This document shows positions 57,850-64,000 of a DNA stretch of 64,000 nt, one piece after another. The stretch comes from the human T2T-CHM13v2.0 reference genome, Homo sapiens. The notes below the pieces were generated by a model, which worked only from the letters and a program-made list of their open reading frames with translations, was not told the origin of the DNA and ran no database searches. The translations under genes were made by a program, and so were the position numbers. Within the stretch, counting starts at the first letter, position 1. Every line of letters begins with the position of its first letter. The DNA lies in NCBI RefSeq assembly GCF_009914755.1, contig NC_060928.1; one strand, written 5' to 3'.

Positions 57850-60290
57850 TCTGTGTTACATTTCCCTTGCAAGTATGCTTTGAAGAACTCCTCATGTCTG
57901 TTCATGTAGTTTTACTATTCTTTTTAATACTTATTTCTTATTGTGATTTGTTTTATTTGGACTTATGTTTTTTGTTTTTGCTTCCTGTGGAGCATAATTT
58001 CTTGTTGGTAGTGTTTCTCTTTTGTGTTTAATTAGATTTTCTTTGTTTAATTTTGTTACTATATACTGAAATTATGTGTCTCATTTGCGTATTTTTCCAA
58101 TTTTGTATTGTGTCTTGCCATTATCTAAATAGTATCATTACATTTAAATATATATGTAAACTCTTTAAAAAATCAACATCTATGCGAATTGACATCTCTC
58201 TTCCCTGCAGCGACGACAATTTTAACATGCTTTCCCTGTTCTCACTCCAGGTTCCCAAATTTTGACATTGGGATCATTGGAAATGTTCAAAGCCTCGTAG
58301 CACCATTATTGTTTTAAGTCTTGTTCCTCAGTTTTTCCTGTTCACATCATTATTTATTGCATAATACATCTCCCTTTGTGTGGTGAATTTCTCTGTTTTT
58401 CCTGTGTTCATATCCTTTTTGAATGCTAGTTTGACGGAAAATGGGATCCTATGTTCAAACCAATTTTTTTCTGAGAAATTCAAAGAGAGTTCAACATTAT
58501 CATCAGTGTCTAATGTTGCTGAGGATAATTCTTGTAATTCTGAAGCAAATCTTTGTCATTTATATGGTTTGGATTTGTATCCCCGCCCAAATCTTATGGC
58601 AAATTGTAATCAACAATGCTGGAGGAGGGGCCTGGTGCGAGGTGACTGGATCACGGGGGTGAATCCTTCACGGATGGTTTAGCACCATCTCTTTGGTGCT
58701 GTTCTCGTGATAGAGTTCTCATGAGGTCTGTTTAAAAGTGTGCAGCACCTGCCTGCTCTCTCTCTTCCTCCTGTTCTGGCCATGTAAGATGTGCCTGCTT
58801 TCTCTTTGCGTTCCGCCATAACCGTAAATTTCTTGCAGCCTCCCTAGAAACCAAGCAGATGCCAGCATTGTGCTTCCTGTACAGGCTGTGAAACTGTGAG
58901 CCAATTAAACCTCTTTTCTTTGTAAATTACCCAGGCTCAGGTAGTTCTGTAAAGCAGTGTGAGAACGGCCTAGTACAGTCGTATCCCTGGTTTAATTTTT
59001 ATCTCTTCCCTAGGTCATTATTTTAAGTATTACCTGAGTCTTATATTTGGGTCATCTCTCATTTTCAAAACATCATGTGTCTGAAAATATTCTCCCATTG
59101 CTTTTGCACAGTCATTTTCCTGTTAAATAATTTAAAAATTCGCATGTGATATATAGTATTTAGTGATGATTCCTAACTTTTTTCTTGTTGATAGCCTTTA
59201 TAATTTATTTTCTCTGCTTATATGCTAGTAGAAACATTTTTTCCTTTAAGATTTTCCCCAAAAATATCCCCAGATGTGTATCTCTTCACATGTATTTTGC
59301 CTTTTATATGAGCCTTTTCAATGTGCCAACCACATTTTTTTCAGCCCTTTAAACTTGTCTTACATTATACCATCTATTATTGCTTCTCTTCTGTTTGTTC
59401 TGTTTTCTTCTTTTGTAACACCTATAATTATGAGGCTTGAGTTCCATGAATTGTCCTCCAGACCTTGTAGCTGCTTTCTCCACATTTTCATCTTTTTTAC
59501 TGTTTCTTCTGAATTTAAAGAACATTTCTTAAGTAGATCTACTGTTCTTATTTTTTTGAAGTGTCTTTTTTTTTACTCCAATCAGGTGTTCATGTTTTTA
59601 AACTCTCTCACATAGTCCCCTCTTAAACAGACACATATATGCACACACAACATTCATATCCACACACATCCTGCTTGGAGAAAAAAAAAGTGAGTACTGA
59701 GTGAGAGAGGTACACAAATAAAAATTAAGCAGTTTATTAAGAGCATTTTTAGTAGTTGTTGCCTTTAGAGTTGTGTTATTGAAGGTAGTATGCTTTACTT
59801 CAAAAACATAGATTTTTTTTCCTGTTAATGTTATAGGTTTATTTTGTTTGCATTGTTTATTTGTTCACATTTAGGTCTATATCTAGCAAAAATTATCTGT
59901 GTTTGTAATATGAAGCATCAATCAATTCTATGTTTCTCCATTTATTGAATTGTTTACCTTTTCATATTGATGCATAATGACACTTTTATTGTGTACCATG
60001 GACCATTTTTAAGCTCTCTCATTCAAAGACCAATTTATAAAATATAGTGCTGTGGATTAAATTTTATTAAAGAAATCTTGTATCTCTCAGGGCAAGTACC
60101 CAGACCTTGCTCTCTTGCATTGGTCTCAAATATTGGATATTTAGTAAACCAAACAAATTTCAACCTCAGATGTATACATTTTGTAAAAAGAGGTAGATTG
60201 GGATTATGAATTGAAATAGATTGATTTCATAGAATAATTTTCCATAGTTAACATGATAATTTTTGAATATATGAATAGCAGTATTTATAG
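57850..60290 (-). mobile_element. Decayed old L1M fragments, interrupted by an MST LTR
   Basis: T-rich reverse L1-like sequence (tctaatgttgctgagga...tctgaagcaaatct, ttttcttcttttgtaacacctataatta, cacatttaggtctata). Boundaries uncertain. Confidence 0.45.
58560..58977 (+). mobile_element. MSTA-like MaLR solo LTR
   Basis: tatggtttggatttgtatccccgcccaaatct...gagccaattaaacctcttttctttgtaaattacccag...ctagtaca; TSD gtcat / gtcgt. Confidence 0.93.
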
Positions 60291-60299
60291 AGAATTTAC

Positions 60300-60770
60300 A
60301 ATATTCCAAGTACTTTTTAAATGTGTTTATATATATCTATTTTATTTAATCCTCATAAAAATGCCGAGGTAGAGTAGATATGCTGAGGTAGAGTAGAGTA
60401 TAGTGGATATTTCATTATGTCCATTTTATAGACTAGAAAATGGAGACACAGAGAGTTGATGAATTTCACCCCACTTCACACAGCTAGAATGCAGTGAAGC
60501 TGGTAGTCCAGCCCAGGTTGTCTGTTGGCTTTATATTCAGGGCTCTGATAGTGATAGCTCTACACCATGCTCTCTTGATCTCCCCTCCTAATAGCCTAAG
60601 AAACACCCATTTTTCTCAACTGTTTAATCTTTATACATAAGAGTACTAACTATGTAAAAGCAGAGACTTTTTTTTCTACATTTTTTTCTCTTTTGTACCA
60701 CCAGCTCCTAGAAGAGCTCCTGACACATATTAGACACCCAATAAACATTTAATAGAAGTAATGAATTTTA
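60300..60770. mobile_element. MIR (minus, ~60300-60570) followed by an L2 3' end (plus, ~60600-60770)
   Basis: tccattttatagactagaaaatggagacacagagag; ctagaagagctcctgacacatattagacacccaataaacattt. Confidence 0.65.
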
Positions 60771-62145
60771 AATATTATAAATCTTAGTATTTAAAAACCC
60801 TGAACTGCTGAAGTCTCTAGAACTCCTTAGAAAGATTCATTTTTTTTCTATTAATGTTATCTTTCTGCTATATAAATAAATGATACATTATTTTTAAAGC
60901 CAATCCAATCATCTATTATGTATGCATTTTTAAGGAATTATACATTTCTACCTGCCACTTTGAAGATAATATTATCACATGTTCCCATATGTTATGAATA
61001 AAAACCTAAAACAAAGTGTTTTTCATGCCTCTAGTATGAATTATGAACAATTGAAAGACTTAAATATGTGTCTCCAAGACCAATACCTAAGACTTAAGTA
61101 TTCCTAATGTTTTTGGCCTTTTTAATACAGTTATTACATCTCTATGGTTAATGCCATGCAAACTTAGATATCAGAGGTATTTTTTCATAATCTGATATAT
61201 ACACTTTTTTTGCCTTTTCATGTAAAAAATATGCCATCTCCCATTTCACTAGTTCTTTTCCTTATTCCCAGCACCCAGTCCTTCTATTTTGTACAGAATA
61301 TTGATTATTAGCACTTAGCCTAGAAGAAATGGAATCATTGCCCTAACTGATTTATTTCTGAAGAAGTTCATTGATATATTCAGATCGACACATCTAATTC
61401 ATAATTTTCTAGTTATTTGCCTGTCATTTTATAAGATTCTGAAACTTCACACGTTATCTAGTTGTTTTACTTTTTGCATTTTTTTCCACCCCTTAAACAC
61501 ACCACATTGCTTTACCTCTATTTTTGTTAGCTTCTGAAATTCTTAATCCATTTCAAAGCTTTTAAAAGTTATATAAATATATATCTTCCTGATTGCAATT
61601 TGGAGAACACAATTATTTACTTGACCTTCATTCAAGGACCAAATTCAGAGGGAAGCATCGCTGATTTCAGTGCTTGAGATACTGAAAACAGTGAGAATAT
61701 GGTATCTGCCCTACCTAAAAGATCTGGCAATTGAATGAAAGAGAGAACCATATAAAAGATAAATTGTGAAGCATACTACTTATTGCTGAGGAAGATGGTA
61801 TCAGGGAGTGGGTAGATCTAACTTTTTAGGGTGAGTGAAGAGTTTTCGAGTAAAAAGTGGGAAATAATTATACAAATAGAGGATATGACATATGCAAGTA
61901 TAATGGAGGCAGGAAAGGGTTGGAAGTTGGAGGAAATGGTGATGGCACCACTGCAGTGAAGACTAAGGTGCAAAAGATGAAGATACAATGAGATTTTGAT
62001 GAGCCTTTTCCCTGAATAAACATGCTATGACATAACCATTTGTTTGTGTGTGTGTGTTTCCTGTGTGTGTATTTTTAAAAATAGGAAAGTTTTGTATTTT
62101 GTTTTGATTTGGTTTAGTTTATTCTTAAAAATTCAAAACTGGGAG

Positions 62146-62770
<625 letters not shown>

Positions 62771-63166
62771 ACTGTGCAATGGTATCTTAAGTCCTACATC
62801 CTAGTTCAAATAAGATGTTGTGGCGTATCCTAGGAATTTATTGAAATGTTGTTTTAGTGGTAAATTTTTTTCTTAAATTGAAACAATTCATTAACAAACT
62901 GTGAAACTCAATCCATTTCTAATCTGGATAATACGAATTATTAGTAAGAATTGTTTCTGTCCACTACTTAAAAATCTTTAGGTTAAATGATGTCTTCTGG
63001 CCTTTGAAAAATGCCGTTTTTCATGTCCTTGACTGTTTGAGATACCTCTCCTATTGAGACTATTGCTGGCTGAATGAGTCCTGGGCTGCTAAACACTTGC
63101 GTTGGTCAACCCCACAAACCAAGAGGAGTCGGAGTTTTCCTCTGCCTTTGTCTGCTGCTTCATTGC

Positions 63167-63196
63167 TCAAGGTCATCTTTAATGGAATGACCTTGA
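63167..63196. promoter_or_regulatory. Inverted pair of ERR/NR5A-type sites TCAAGGTCA-N12-TGACCTTGA
   Basis: Two perfect 9-mers in inverted orientation in unique sequence; function inferred. Confidence 0.4.
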
Positions 63197-64000
63197 TATT
63201 TGGGAATAGGTTTTGAGAAACATGCACTCTGCTCTGATACCTAAAATGATATTATTAGCATAATCACTGTATACTTTCTGATTCAACGTAAAACAGTAAT
63301 AGCAATCACACTTCATCATGATCAGGAATATCTTCAGTTGGAAAATACATGCTTACAATTGCAGGCTCTTCATGATTACAGAATCTCACCTTGATTGGAT
63401 ACAATGTGATTATTAGGCAATTTCTGTGTGACAGTCCCTCACTCACCAACTTTTACTGCTGAGAATTGATGATTTACCAATACTTTGTATCCTCATGATC
63501 TTGTATATCATATACTATCCATTATTTTATCTTTATCTTATGGTTTTATAATAATTTAACTTCACTTCCATGTATAAGGTTAGCATGAATTCTCAGGAGT
63601 TAATAGAACGTGATCTTGTTCTGTTTGGATTCATCCCTATTTATGGTAACTGTATTCCAGAACTTATTTTTGCTCTTTATGGAAAAATGGCTGAATCTCA
63701 ACTCGACAGTACTGTGACCTGGAGATTTTATTTCTCATATTAATTTATACAGGCATAGGTAAATTGAATTTTTTTGAATTTGCAAAAAAAAAAAAATGAT
63801 GGGAGAGTCTTTATTGGAATCATGAAGGAAATAACTTGATTTCCACTGCTTGATACTTGATTCTCTGGGAGTGAAATAACTTTTGTTGAGCAACTGTAAT
63901 TAGAGATCAGTGATCTGAAAAAGCTAATTACCCAATATCAATGTTGATGGTATTCTGAAAGTTTGGTTCATATCAGTCTCAGAGTGTTTATGTCATATCA

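Overview
Primate (very likely human) AT-rich intronic or intergenic DNA. I found no credible protein-coding gene, RNA gene, CpG island or CRISPR array, and the supplied ORFs are chance ORFs or derive from Alu, L1, LTR, Tigger1 or microsatellite sequence. The window is dominated by interspersed repeats: about 23 Alus (J, S and Y classes, one near-consensus AluY), a near full-length old L1MD-type LINE (~24.3-31.1 kb), a full-length Tigger1 with both TIRs and TA TSDs (35921-38940), L1PA 3' ends, L2/MIR relics, solo LTRs (MLT1, LTR16-like, THE1, MER67-like, MST) and hAT MITEs (MER5, MER53, MER1). Structure the repeats do not explain: (1) an ancient ~850 bp direct duplication (18233-19376 vs 22703-23578) containing a 182-nt minus-strand exon-like unit; (2) two 30-bp segments each recurring 2.1-2.5 kb away, like templated repair insertions; (3) a repeat-free motif-dense promoter/enhancer-like block at ~40.5-41.1 kb; (4) an inverted pair of perfect TCAAGGTCA nuclear-receptor sites at 63167-63196. 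The sequence alone does not support a new biological system. Repeat subfamily calls are from memory of consensus sequences, and boundaries of old repeats are approximate.
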